From contig JASGHJ010000001.1 in assembly GCA_047602405.1 (NCBI GenBank), forward strand, positions 1,408,001-1,472,000: a stretch of DNA of 64,000 bases. The letters are read 5' to 3'. This document shows positions 12,730 to 23,124 of the stretch, in pieces (position 1 is the first letter of the stretch; each line of letters starts with the position of its first letter). The position numbers were made by a program, and so were the translations under genes. A model generated the notes under the pieces. The model worked only from the letters and a program-made list of their open reading frames with translations, was not told the origin of the DNA and ran no database searches. Origin of the DNA: Anaeromyxobacteraceae bacterium. Its GTDB lineage: Bacteria; Myxococcota; Myxococcia; Myxococcales; Anaeromyxobacteraceae.

Positions 12730-12766
12730 GGTCCGCGCCGCGGACCTCACGTCCGCCGCGCGGACC
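12730..12766. repeat. GC-rich hairpin (15-bp stem, one C/C mismatch, 5-nt loop)
   Basis: GGTCCGCGC-C-GCGGAC CTCAC GTCCGC-C-GCGCGGACC. Confidence 0.75.
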
Positions 12767-12869
12767 CCTGGCCCATCCCCCGGTCGTGTCCGGCACCGAT
12801 GGAAGCACTGGGAGAGAAGGGGCTCGCGCCGGGCGCGCCCCTGGCCCGGACCTTGCTCTACCCCGCCCC

Positions 12870-13547
12870 ATGCCTCGCATGGCGCGCCGCCAGCTCGTGA
12901 CGAAGGGTTCGATCAACCACGCGGTGTGGCAGACCCACAACCTCGAGGCCTTCTTCGACGCGCCCGGCGCCCGCCAGAAGTTCTACGAGCTCCTCCTGAA
13001 GTACAAGGCCGAGCACCGGGTCCGGATCCACTCCTACGTCTTGATGGGCACGCACCCTCACGTCGTCTGCCTGAGCGAGAAGGGCCAGGAGGACTTCTCC
13101 ATGTTCTGGAAGAAGGTCAACCAGGCCTTCGCGAAGTGGTTCAACAAGCAGACGAAGCGGCGCGGACAGGTCGTGATGGAGCGGCTCGAATCCCCGCGCA
13201 TCCAGGACGAGCGCCACGCGCTCGCCGTCATGCGCTACGTCGACAGGAATCCGGTGCAGGCGAAGCTCGTGAAGACGCCCAAGGACTGGAGGTACTCCAG
13301 CCACCGGCACTACGCGTACGGGGAGGCCGACCCGCTCGTCGACGACGCGCCCGCGTACCTCGCGCTCGGCGATCACCCGCTGAAGCGGCGCAGGGCATAC
13401 CTCCACCTCTTCGCGGAGCCGCTCGAGGTGAAGGAGGAAGCTGCCGACGCCGCCTACGTGAAGAAGCCGTTCATCGGCGAGAAGGAATGGGCGGAGCGGA
13501 TGAAGAAGGCCGCGGCCGCGGCGCGCGCGGCGCCCCGACCACCCTGA
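12870..13547 (+). CDS. REP-associated tyrosine transposase-like HUH/Y1 nuclease (RAYT)
   Basis: MPRMAR start, HUH motif YVLMGTHPHVV, catalytic-Tyr motif RYVDRNPVQA, DWRYSS; no adjacent tnpB. Confidence 0.88.
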   Translation: MPRMARRQLVTKGSINHAVWQTHNLEAFFDAPGARQKFYELLLKYKAEHRVRIHSYVLMGTHPHVVCLSEKGQEDFSMFWKKVNQAFAKWFNKQTKRRGQVVMERLESPRIQDERHALAVMRYVDRNPVQAKLVKTPKDWRYSSHRHYAYGEADPLVDDAPAYLALGDHPLKRRRAYLHLFAEPLEVKEEAADAAYVKKPFIGEKEWAERMKKAAAAARAAPRPP

Positions 13548-13600
13548 GGCCGATGAAGATCCCGTGGACGCGGCGCGCGTCCTCCTGCACAACTCCCCCC

Positions 13601-14119
13601 GTGTCGCTCTACGTGGTCGACGTCGAGGCGGACGGGCCCATCCCGGGCAAGTACTCCATGGTGTGCTTCGGCGCCGTGCTCGTCGAGCCCGGCCTGGGCC
13701 GCACCTTCTACGGGACGACGCGCCCGATCTCGGACGCGTGGCTGCCCGAGGCGCTCGCGATCTCGGGCATCACGCGGGAGCAGCACCTGACCCACGACGA
13801 GCCCGGCGAGACCATGGCCGCGTTCGCGAAGTGGATCGCGGAGACCACGCGCGGCAAGCCCGTCTTCTTCTCGGACAACCTCGCGTTCGATTGGCAGTAC
13901 GTGAACTGGTACTTCCACACGTACCTCTCCGTGAACCCGTTCGGCTGGAGCGGCAGGCGCATCGGCGATCTCTACTGCGGCATGGTGAAGGACGCCTACG
14001 CGCCGTGGAAGCACCTGCGGAGGTCGGCGCACGATCACCATCCGGTGAACGACGCGCGCGGCAACGCGGAGGCGCTGCTCGCGCTCGTCGACATGGGCCT
14101 GAAGCTGCAGATCCGCTGA
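13601..14119 (+). CDS. DEDD 3'-5' exonuclease (Rv2179c-like)
   Basis: VDVEADGP (Exo I), DNLAFDW (Exo II), HHPVNDA (Exo III). Confidence 0.85.
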   Translation: MSLYVVDVEADGPIPGKYSMVCFGAVLVEPGLGRTFYGTTRPISDAWLPEALAISGITREQHLTHDEPGETMAAFAKWIAETTRGKPVFFSDNLAFDWQYVNWYFHTYLSVNPFGWSGRRIGDLYCGMVKDAYAPWKHLRRSAHDHHPVNDARGNAEALLALVDMGLKLQIR

Positions 14120-14125
14120 TCGGCC

Positions 14126-14752
14126 GTGCTCGCGCTCCTCTCGCAGGGGGCCCTCCTCGGGCTCTCGTCGTCCGCCCAGCCGGGCCCGTTCCAGGGCTAC
14201 CTCGTCGCGCGCTCGCTGCACGCCGGCTTCCGGCGAAGCTGGCCCATCGCGATCGTGCCGCTCCTCTCGGATCCTCCGGTGATCGCCGTCCTGCTCCTCG
14301 TCCTCCAGCGGGTGCCGGACACGCTCCTCACCTGGCTCGGGGCGGCCGGGGGCGTCGTCGTGATCTGGCTGGGCGTGGGCGCGCTCCGGCAGGCCCTGCG
14401 CGTGTCCGGCACCCCGCCGGTGTCCGGTACCCCGGGTTCTCCTGGCGAGGAGCCGCGCGGGCTCGTGCGGGCGACGCTCGTGAACCTCACGAACCCGAAC
14501 GCGTGGATGTTCTGGAGCCTCTTGGGGGGCCCGACGCTCACGTCCGCGTGGCGGCGCTCGCCGCTCGAGGCGGTCGCGTTCCTCGCCGGCTTCTACGCGT
14601 GCCTCGTGGGCGGGAACGTGCTCCTCGTGGCGCTCGCGGGTCGCGCCGCGGCGGCCGGCCCTCGCCTCGCCCGCACCCTCGGTCTCGCCTCGGGGGCCGG
14701 GCTCCTCGCCTTCGGCCTCTGGCAGCTCGGCCGAGCCCTGGCGCGCGCCTGA
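14126..14752 (+). CDS. LysE/RhtB-family translocator
   Basis: QPGP near the N-terminus, NLTNPNAWMFW, about 6 TM segments. Confidence 0.9.
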   Translation: MLALLSQGALLGLSSSAQPGPFQGYLVARSLHAGFRRSWPIAIVPLLSDPPVIAVLLLVLQRVPDTLLTWLGAAGGVVVIWLGVGALRQALRVSGTPPVSGTPGSPGEEPRGLVRATLVNLTNPNAWMFWSLLGGPTLTSAWRRSPLEAVAFLAGFYACLVGGNVLLVALAGRAAAAGPRLARTLGLASGAGLLAFGLWQLGRALARA

Positions 14753-14789
14753 ACCCGGCGGACGCCCCGGGCGTGATAGCTTCCGCCCG

Positions 14790-15584
14790 ATGCAGTCACG
14801 CCTCCGCTCCGTCCTGGCGCTCGCCGCCGCCGCCGCCGTCGGCGGCCTGGGGACCTGGGGCTTCCTCACGCTCTCGCCCGCCCCGCGCCCCGAGGTGCCA
14901 GCCGAGGCGCCCGCGAAGCCGTCGCCGGCCTACCCGGGCGGAAAGCCCATCGACGCCGCGGCCATCCAGTCCGGGACCCTCGCCGTCGAGCGGATGCCGC
15001 CGGAGGTGACCGGCGCGCTCGAGGTCCACGGCGCCGAGCTCGTGAAGGCCGAGAAGGCGCTCGCGACGAAGCAGGCCCGGATCATCGGCCTCTGCGCCCC
15101 CGGCTCCGCGATCCGGGTGGTCGGCGAGGACGGCAGCGTCGTCTGCCAGCGGCTCCCCCGGGGCGTCGCCTCGGTCTCCGCGGTCGGCGCGACGCCGCGG
15201 GTCTCCTCGTCCGGCACGATGCAGGGCACCGTGCCCGGCGCGGTCGGCCGCTACCAGACCTCCGGCGACGACGACTTCCTGGTCGCGCCCATCGCGCTGC
15301 CCGACGGCGCGATCGTGACCGGCCTCAGCTACATGTACTGGGACGTCGACGAGAAGGTGGACGGCGGCGCCTACCTCTACCGGAGCGACGACACCGTCAT
15401 CGCGGGCGTGGCGACGCAGGGCGCGAAGGCGGAGGTCCGGGTGGCCGAGACCGACCGCACCGACGCGACCGCCCGGCGCATCGACAACGCCGGCTTCGCG
15501 TACCACGTCTACATGCAGACGTCGTCGGCCGCCGGCGCGAGCCTCATGCCCATCGCCGTGACCGTCACCTACCGTCTCCCGTAG
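14790..15584 (+). CDS. Hypothetical exported protein
   Basis: N-terminal hydrophobic segment, GC3-biased ORF. Confidence 0.7.
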   Translation: MQSRLRSVLALAAAAAVGGLGTWGFLTLSPAPRPEVPAEAPAKPSPAYPGGKPIDAAAIQSGTLAVERMPPEVTGALEVHGAELVKAEKALATKQARIIGLCAPGSAIRVVGEDGSVVCQRLPRGVASVSAVGATPRVSSSGTMQGTVPGAVGRYQTSGDDDFLVAPIALPDGAIVTGLSYMYWDVDEKVDGGAYLYRSDDTVIAGVATQGAKAEVRVAETDRTDATARRIDNAGFAYHVYMQTSSAAGASLMPIAVTVTYRLP

Positions 15585-15594
15585 GACCGCCCAG

Positions 15595-16743
15595 ATGCCC
15601 GCACGCTCGCTCGGCCGGATCCGCCGGCTCGTCGTGAAGGTCGGCACCGGCACCCTCACCGACCGCACCGGCCGCTTCGATCACGAGAACTGCGCCCGGC
15701 TCGCGAAGGAGCTCGCCGAGGCCGCGAAGGGTCGCACCCTCGTCCTCGTCACGTCGGGGGCGGTCGCCCTGGGCGCCGAGCGGCTCGGGCTCGTCCGGCA
15801 CCGCGGGAAGCCCTGGGACATCCCCACGAAGCAGGCCTGCGCGGCGGTCGGACAGCCCCACCTCATGGCGGCGTGGGGCGACGCGCTCGTCCGGCATGGC
15901 CTCGAGGTCGGCCAGGTGCTGCTCACCGCCGACGACCTCGCCTCGCGCAAGCGCTTCCTCAACGCGCGCCGCACGTTCCAGCGGCTGCACGAGCAGGGGG
16001 TCGTCCCGGTGGTCAACGAGAACGACACCGTCGCGGTCGACGAGATCAAGGTCGGCGACAACGACACGCTCGCCTCCCTCGTCGCCGGCTGCGTCGAGGC
16101 CGACCTCGTCGCGATGCTGACCGACGTCGAGGGGCTCTACGACCGGAACCCCTCCGAGCCCGGCGCGGCGCTGGTGCCGGACATCCCCCGGATCACCGCC
16201 GAGATCGAGCGGATCGCCGGCGGCGCCGGCAGCGAGCGCAGCGTGGGCGGGATGGCCACGAAGGTCCGCGCGGCCCGGCGCCTCTCGGCCCAGGGTGTCA
16301 CGACCGCGCTCCTCTCCGGCCGCCGCGCCGGCGCGCTCGCCGCCCTGCTCGCCGGCGACCGCGTCGGCACCGTCTTCGCCCCGGGCAAGGAGCGCCTCTC
16401 CTCGCGCCAGGGCTGGCTGGCCGCCGCCGCGCGCGGCAAGGGCGTGATCCTCGTCGACGCCGGCGCCCGCCGTGCCCTGACCGAGCAGGGGCGCTCGCTC
16501 CTTCCCTCCGGGGTGAAGGGCGTGGAGGGCCAGTTCGGGGTGGGTGACCCCGTCGACATCGCGGTCGACGCCGACCGGCCCTTCGCGCGCGGCCTCGCGG
16601 GCTACGGCGCGGACGAGGTGCGCCGCATCGCGGGCCTGAAGACGAGCGAGATCGTCCGGGCGCTCGGGTATAAGTACCTGGACGAGGTCGTCCACCGGAA
16701 CGACCTCGTCGTCCTCGACGCGGAGCGGGAAGAGCGGGAATGA
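15595..16743 (+). CDS. proB: Glutamate 5-kinase
   Basis: VVKVGT, AAVGQ, NENDTV, GDNDTL, GGMATK, C-terminal PUA domain. Confidence 0.97.
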   Translation: MPARSLGRIRRLVVKVGTGTLTDRTGRFDHENCARLAKELAEAAKGRTLVLVTSGAVALGAERLGLVRHRGKPWDIPTKQACAAVGQPHLMAAWGDALVRHGLEVGQVLLTADDLASRKRFLNARRTFQRLHEQGVVPVVNENDTVAVDEIKVGDNDTLASLVAGCVEADLVAMLTDVEGLYDRNPSEPGAALVPDIPRITAEIERIAGGAGSERSVGGMATKVRAARRLSAQGVTTALLSGRRAGALAALLAGDRVGTVFAPGKERLSSRQGWLAAAARGKGVILVDAGARRALTEQGRSLLPSGVKGVEGQFGVGDPVDIAVDADRPFARGLAGYGADEVRRIAGLKTSEIVRALGYKYLDEVVHRNDLVVLDAEREERE

Positions 16744-18122
16744 AGTCGGCAGCCGTCCAGAAGTCGCGGCCCAGGAAGGCGCACGCTCCGGCGGCGACGC
16801 CCGCCCTCGCTCGGCCCGAACCCGCAGGTCCGGCCCCCGCCGCCCCCGGGAAGGCGGGCCTCGCGGCCGAGATGCGCAGCATGGCGCTCGCCGCGCGGGA
16901 GGCGTCGCGCGCGCTCGGCCGGGCCACCACCCGCCAGAAGGACCGCGCGCTCGTCGCCGCCGCGGGGGCCCTTGAGCGGCGCGCGAAGCGGATCCTGGCC
17001 GCGAACGCGAAGGACGTCGCCGCCGCCGTGAAGGCCGGCCGCCCGGAGGCGCTCGTCGACCGCCTCCGCCTCGACGAGGCGCGCCTCGCCGGCATCGCGG
17101 TGGCGCTCCGCGAGATCGCGGCGCTCCCCGACCCGGTGGGCGAGGTCACCCGGAGCTGGACGCGCCCGAACGGCCTCTCGGTGAGGAAGGTCCGCATCCC
17201 GCTCGGCGTCGTCCTCATGGTCTACGAGGCGCGGCCGAACGTGACGGTGGACGCCGCCGCGCTCTGCCTGAAGAGCGGCAACGCCGCCATCCTCCGCCCG
17301 GGCTCCGAGGCGCTGCGCTCGTCGCTCGCGCTCGCCGAGGCGTTCGCCGAGGGGCTCCGCGAGGCCGGACTGCCCGCCGCGGCCGCGCGGGTCGTCCCCA
17401 CCGCCGACCGCGAGGCGACGTTCGAGCTGTTGAAGCTCGACGACCTCATCGACCTCGCCATCCCGCGCGGTGGGCCGTCGCTCATCCGCGCGGTGGCCGA
17501 GCGGTCGCGCGTACCGCTCGTGAAGCACTACCAGGGCGTCTGCCACCTCTTCCTCGACGCCTCCGCCGAGGTCGAGAAGGCGGTCGCCATCGCGGTGAAC
17601 GCGAAGGCCTCGCGGCCCGGCGTGTGCAACGCGCTCGAGTGCCTGCTCGTGCACCGCCGCGCCGCCGCGAAGCTCCTCCCCGAGGTGGGCCGCGCGCTCG
17701 TGAAGGCGGGCGTGCAGCTCCGGGCGGATCCCGCCGCGCTCGAGCTCCTGAAGGCCGCGAAGGTGAAGGCGGTCGCGGCCGGGCCCGACGACTTCGGCAA
17801 GGAGTTCCTCGACCTCGTGCTCGCGGTGCGGGTGGTGCCGGATCTCGACGGCGCCCTCGACCACATCGCGCGGTACGGCTCCCTGCACACCGAGGCGATC
17901 CTCACGCGCGACCTCGCGAACGCCCGCCGCTTCGAGCGGGAGGTGGTCGCGAGCGCGGTCGTGGTGAACGCCTCCACGCGGTTCAACGATGGCGGCGAGC
18001 TCGGGCTCGGCGCCGAGATCGGCATCTCCACCACGAAGCTCCACGCGTTCGGGCCCATGGGGCTCGCCGAGCTCACGGCCCAGAAGTACGTGGTCGAGGG
18101 CGACGGTCAGGTGCGTGGCTAG
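16740..18122 (+). CDS. proA: Gamma-glutamyl phosphate reductase
   Basis: [35 protein letters not shown]. Confidence 0.97.
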   Translation: MKSAAVQKSRPRKAHAPAATPALARPEPAGPAPAAPGKAGLAAEMRSMALAAREASRALGRATTRQKDRALVAAAGALERRAKRILAANAKDVAAAVKAGRPEALVDRLRLDEARLAGIAVALREIAALPDPVGEVTRSWTRPNGLSVRKVRIPLGVVLMVYEARPNVTVDAAALCLKSGNAAILRPGSEALRSSLALAEAFAEGLREAGLPAAAARVVPTADREATFELLKLDDLIDLAIPRGGPSLIRAVAERSRVPLVKHYQGVCHLFLDASAEVEKAVAIAVNAKASRPGVCNALECLLVHRRAAAKLLPEVGRALVKAGVQLRADPAALELLKAAKVKAVAAGPDDFGKEFLDLVLAVRVVPDLDGALDHIARYGSLHTEAILTRDLANARRFEREVVASAVVVNASTRFNDGGELGLGAEIGISTTKLHAFGPMGLAELTAQKYVVEGDGQVRG

Positions 18123-18153
18123 ACTCGAATTCACCGAAGGTACCGGGAGACAC

Positions 18154-18723
18154 ATGGCGAAGAAGGCGGTCAAGAAGGCTCCGGCGAGGAAGAAGGCGCA
18201 GCGCGGCGGCAAGAAGGGCCCGGCCCCGAAGGGCAAGAAGGTCCAGGCGCCCGGGAAGAAGGCGCCCCCGCGCGGCGCGAAGCCGGCGCGCAAGGGGCCG
18301 CCCGCGAAGGCGCCCCGCATCGGCAAGGAGGCCTCGCTCGCCGTGCCGGCCGCGCCGCCGCCGAAGCGGCCGCCGAACGACGAGGCGCACGCGACCGCGC
18401 TCGCGATCGCGAACGCCGGCCTCGACAAGAAGGCCGAGGACGTCGTGCTCCTCGACGTGCGCGGCCTCACCGGCTACGCTGACTACTTCGTGATCATGAC
18501 GGCCGACTCCGATCGCCAGGCCTCCGCGATTGCCGACCACCTCGACGAGAAGATGAAGGACGCCGGCGTCACGAAGGTCGGCTCGGAGGGCTACGAGACC
18601 GGCCGCTGGATCCTCGTCGACTACGGCGACGTCGTCGCCCACGTGATGAGCCGCGACTCGCGCGAGCTCTACGACCTCGAGGGGCTCTGGGCGGACGCCC
18701 CGCGGACGAAGCTCGAGGGCTAG
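18154..18723 (+). CDS. rsfS: Ribosome silencing factor with a Lys/Pro/Ala-rich N-terminal extension
   Basis: DKKAEDV...ADYFVI...WILVDYGDVVAHV...YDLEGLW. Confidence 0.93.
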   Translation: MAKKAVKKAPARKKAQRGGKKGPAPKGKKVQAPGKKAPPRGAKPARKGPPAKAPRIGKEASLAVPAAPPPKRPPNDEAHATALAIANAGLDKKAEDVVLLDVRGLTGYADYFVIMTADSDRQASAIADHLDEKMKDAGVTKVGSEGYETGRWILVDYGDVVAHVMSRDSRELYDLEGLWADAPRTKLEG

Positions 18724-18735
18724 CGCCCCGCCGCG

Positions 18736-19350
18736 ATGCCCGTCCGGCACCGCGATCGCGGCGAGAGGCTCGACCACTTCGTCGCCGGTGACGTGGGCGA
18801 CGAGGTCCTCGTCCGGTGTCCGGGCTGCGGCGGCCGCGCGGTCGCCCGCCCGGACCCGCGGGGCGCAGGCGGCGCGACCCTGACGTGCGCCGCGTGCGGG
18901 CTCGCCCGCCGCCGCGCGGAGCCGGAGGCCGCGCCCCGGGACCGCCGCTGCCCGCGCTGCGAGCGCTGGATCCCGGCCTCCGCGTGGGCGCCCGCCGGCG
19001 ACGGGCGCCGCCACGACGCGCGGTGCCCGCGCTGCGGCAACGTGGTCCGCGCCGCGATCGAGGCGTGGTCCACGCTGACCGGCGCCCCCGTCGACCCGTG
19101 GTTCCGGGAGCCGCTCTGGCTGCAGGCGCCCTGCGCGGGCGAGCTCCTCTGGGCCTACAACCGCCGCCACCTCGAGCACCTGGCTGCGATTGTCGGCGCC
19201 ACGCTCCGCGAGCGCCCGGGCCGCCCGGGCGGGAACGCGAGCATGCTCTCCCGCCTGCCCCGCTGGATGAAGGCCGCGAAGCACCGCGAGGAGGTCCTGC
19301 GGGCCATCGCGGCGCTCCGACGGCGCTGGCCCCTGAGTCCGGCCCGCTGA
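18736..19350 (+). CDS. Zinc-ribbon hypothetical protein
   Basis: Four CxxC pairs, LWLQAPC...LWAYN...H, RLPRWMK. Confidence 0.7.
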   Translation: MPVRHRDRGERLDHFVAGDVGDEVLVRCPGCGGRAVARPDPRGAGGATLTCAACGLARRRAEPEAAPRDRRCPRCERWIPASAWAPAGDGRRHDARCPRCGNVVRAAIEAWSTLTGAPVDPWFREPLWLQAPCAGELLWAYNRRHLEHLAAIVGATLRERPGRPGGNASMLSRLPRWMKAAKHREEVLRAIAALRRRWPLSPAR

Positions 19351-19381
19351 AGCCACGGTGCCTGCCCGCTAGAACCCCGGC

Positions 19382-20311
19382 ATGCCACAGGTGCCGGACA
19401 CGAACCTCCCACAGGTGCCGGACACGCGCCTCCGCGGGAAAGTCGCCGTGGTGACCGGGGCTTCCCGGGGTGCCGGACGAGGCGTCGCGATCGAGCTGGG
19501 CGCGGCGGGCGCGACCGTCTACGTCACCGGCCGCACCACGCGCGGGGCGTCGCCGCCCTCGGGCTACGCCCGGATCGTCGAGCTCTCGAAGCTCCCGGCC
19601 ATGCCCGGCAACATCGAGGACACCGCCGAGGAGGTCACCCGCGCCGGCGGCCGGGGCATTCCGGTGAAGGTCGACCACACCCGGGACGAAGAGGTCCGCG
19701 CCCTCTTCGAGCGGCTCGACCGCGACGAGGGCCGCCTCGACCTCCTCGTGAACAACGCCTGGGGCGGGCACGAGGCCTTCGACGGCCGCTTCGAGGCGCC
19801 GTTCTGGGAGCACGACCTCGCGCAGTGGGACGCGATGCTCGACCGCGGCGTCCGCAACCACCTCCTCGCCTCCCGCCACGCCGCGCCGCGGATGGTGCGT
19901 GCCGGACACGGCCTGATCGTCACGACCACCTTCTGGGACCGGGGCCGGTACCTGCGCGGCATGCTGGCGTACGACCTCGCGAAGGCCGCGATGACCCGCC
20001 TCGCGTTCGGCATGGCCGAGGAGCTGCGGCCCCACGGCGTCGCCTCCGTCGCGGTCTCCCCGGGCTGGATGCGCACCGAGCTCGTGCTCGCCGGCCACCA
20101 CGCCACCGAGGCCACCTGGCGGGAGCGCCCGGAGCTCGCGTCGACCGAGTCGCCGCGCTACCTCGGCCGCGCGGTCGCCGCGCTCGCGGCCGACCCCGAC
20201 GTGCTCCGCGCCTCGGGCGAGGTCCTCCGCGTCGCCGACCTCGCGGAGCGCTACGGCTTCACCGACGTCGACGGCCGCCGGCCGAAGGCGTTCGAGCTGC
20301 CGGAGCGGTGA
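19382..20311 (+). CDS. SDR-family oxidoreductase
   Basis: TGASRGAG, NNA, YDLAK, PGWMRTE. Confidence 0.93.
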   Translation: MPQVPDTNLPQVPDTRLRGKVAVVTGASRGAGRGVAIELGAAGATVYVTGRTTRGASPPSGYARIVELSKLPAMPGNIEDTAEEVTRAGGRGIPVKVDHTRDEEVRALFERLDRDEGRLDLLVNNAWGGHEAFDGRFEAPFWEHDLAQWDAMLDRGVRNHLLASRHAAPRMVRAGHGLIVTTTFWDRGRYLRGMLAYDLAKAAMTRLAFGMAEELRPHGVASVAVSPGWMRTELVLAGHHATEATWRERPELASTESPRYLGRAVAALAADPDVLRASGEVLRVADLAERYGFTDVDGRRPKAFELPER

Positions 20312-20327
20312 CGGGCGCGCGCCGCCG

Positions 20328-21124
<797 letters not shown>

Positions 21125-21128
<4 letters not shown>

Positions 21129-21940
21129 GCGTCCATCCCCCGGTGCCAGCGCAGGAGCCAGCCGTTGAGCCGCGCCATCGCGAGGTCGATGCCGAGCCCC
21201 GCGACGCCGATCGACGCCATGCCCGCGATGACCTTGTCCGACCAGAAGTACTCGCGCGCCTCGAGGATGCGGTAACCGAGCCCGGAGTTCACCGCGATCA
21301 TCTCGGCGACGATGACCACGATGAACGCGACGCCGATGCCGATGCGGACGCCGGAGAGGATGTAGGGCATCGCGGCCGGGACCATGATGCGCCGGAACAC
21401 CGTCCACTCGGAGGCGCCCAGGTTCCGGGCGGCGCGCAGGTAGATCCCGTCCACGTGGCGCACGCCCGCGATGGTGTTCATCAGGACCGGGAAGAACGCG
21501 CCGAGCGAGATGAGGAAGAACGCGGGCGGGTTCCCGAGGCCGAACCAGAGGATCGCGAGCGGGATGTACGCGATCGGCGGGATGGGCCGGAGGATCTGCA
21601 CGAGCGGGTTGAAGAGCGCGTACGCCATGGGCCGCGCGCCCATGACGAGGCCGAGCGGCAGCGCGAGCCCCGCCCCGAGCGCGAAGCCGCCGCCGACGCG
21701 CACGAGCGAGGCGAGCGCGTCGTGCGGCAGCTCCCCCGAGAAGAGCCACGCGACGTACGACCCGGCGGCGGGGTCGTACGCCTCGACGGGCTTCGCGTAC
21801 TGGATCCAGCGCAGGAGGACGCGGGACGGGGCGGGCAGGACCAGCGGCGACACCCAGCCCATCCGCGAGACGAGCTCCCAGAGCCCGAGCGCGACGGCCG
21901 GGACGAGGAGCGCCTTCACGAGCTCGAGCGCGCGGCGCAC
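21125..21940 (-). CDS. Nitrate/sulfonate-type ABC permease
   Basis: LRPIPPIAYIP, AARNLGA EAA loop, AEMIAVNSGLG. Confidence 0.93.
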
Positions 21941-21997
21941 CCTACGTCGGCCTCCGCCGGCGTGCCTCCCCCGCGCCGGCCCGCGCCGCCGGACGCC

Positions 21998-22960
21998 TCA
22001 CTTCACGCCCGCCTTCTGCTTCGCCTTCTGGAGGAGATCGAGCTTCACCCAGTCGGTGGCCTTTGGCGGGGCGTCCATCTTGCCGACGCCGTACTTCACC
22101 ATGAGGTCGGTGGTGATTTGGATGTGCTCGGCGGTCACGTCGTAGGTGTAGGGCGAGTTGCCGATGGCGTCCTTGAAGTCCTGGCCGGTGATCTGCCCCT
22201 TGAACATCTGCTCGACCACGTACTTCTCGGCCAGGGCGGGATCGGCGAGGAAGGTCTTCGTCACGTCGACGAAGCAGTCGAGCACCTTCTGCGCGACGGC
22301 CGGCTTCTCCTTGTAGAGCTTCTCGGTCATGACGAGCACGCGCACCGGCTCGCCGAGCGGCGTGTCGTACGGCTTCATCATCTCCTTGCCGAAGCCCTTG
22401 TTGATGGCCTGGGACGACTGCGGCTCGGACTGGCACATGGCGTCGATCTGCTTCTGCATGAGCGCCTGGTTGAGGTCCGCGAACGGCAGGTAGACGAGCT
22501 GCACGTCCTTGCCGGGCTTGTCCGACCAGGTGAGGCCGGCCTTCGCGAGCTCGGCGAGGAGCAGGAGCTCCTGCGCGCCGCCGCGGGCGACGCCCACCTT
22601 CTTGCCCTTGAGGTCCGCGACCGCCTTGAGCGGCTGGTCGGTCGCGGCGACGAGGCGCGCGCCACCCTTCGCGAAGCCGGCCACCACGTAGATCTGCCCG
22701 CCGCCCGCCCGGTTCGCGATCGCCGCGTCGGCGGCGGAGGCGGCGAGGTCGACCTCGCCCTTCACGATGGCCGGGAAGATGTCGATCCCCTTCGGGAAGA
22801 CGATCTCCTGCACGTCGAGGCCGAACTTCTTGCAGTGGTCCTTCATGTACGAGACCGCGCCGTAGTGCGCGAACTTCAGGTTGCCGAGCCGGACGACGTC
22901 CTGGGCGGCGGCGGGGAGGGCGACCGCGACGAGCGCGGCGGCGAGGAGCGGACGGAGCAT
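21998..22960 (-). CDS. NMT1/SsuA-type ABC substrate-binding protein
   Basis: Signal peptide, DLKGKKVGV motif, operon context. Confidence 0.9.
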   Translation of the reverse strand: MLRPLLAAALVAVALPAAAQDVVRLGNLKFAHYGAVSYMKDHCKKFGLDVQEIVFPKGIDIFPAIVKGEVDLAASAADAAIANRAGGGQIYVVAGFAKGGARLVAATDQPLKAVADLKGKKVGVARGGAQELLLLAELAKAGLTWSDKPGKDVQLVYLPFADLNQALMQKQIDAMCQSEPQSSQAINKGFGKEMMKPYDTPLGEPVRVLVMTEKLYKEKPAVAQKVLDCFVDVTKTFLADPALAEKYVVEQMFKGQITGQDFKDAIGNSPYTYDVTAEHIQITTDLMVKYGVGKMDAPPKATDWVKLDLLQKAKQKAGVK

Positions 22961-23124
22961 GGGGAGATTCCTCCTCCGGCGGGGGCCGGGTTCACGGAGC
23001 GTGGCTGCGGGCAGCCGGGAGAGCGTACCGTCCGGTGAGGGGCGCGGGGGCTCCCGCTTGGGGGTCCGCCGCCGCAGCCGGGCCCTTGCCCGAAACACGG
23101 GCAGGCCCCGGCCGTACGTGCCGC

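Noticed and set aside
12786..12869. GTG starts at motif copies used by the ORF track (12786, 58250, 58272, 32529, 3944)
   Set aside because: These starts are by-products of the GTG in the repeat; better starts or family N-termini lie downstream where a real gene exists.
12870..13547. Autonomous IS200/IS605 element
   Set aside because: The protein is longer and has RAYT-like NPV and YSS motifs, there is no tnpB, and I saw no matched subterminal hairpins at both ends.
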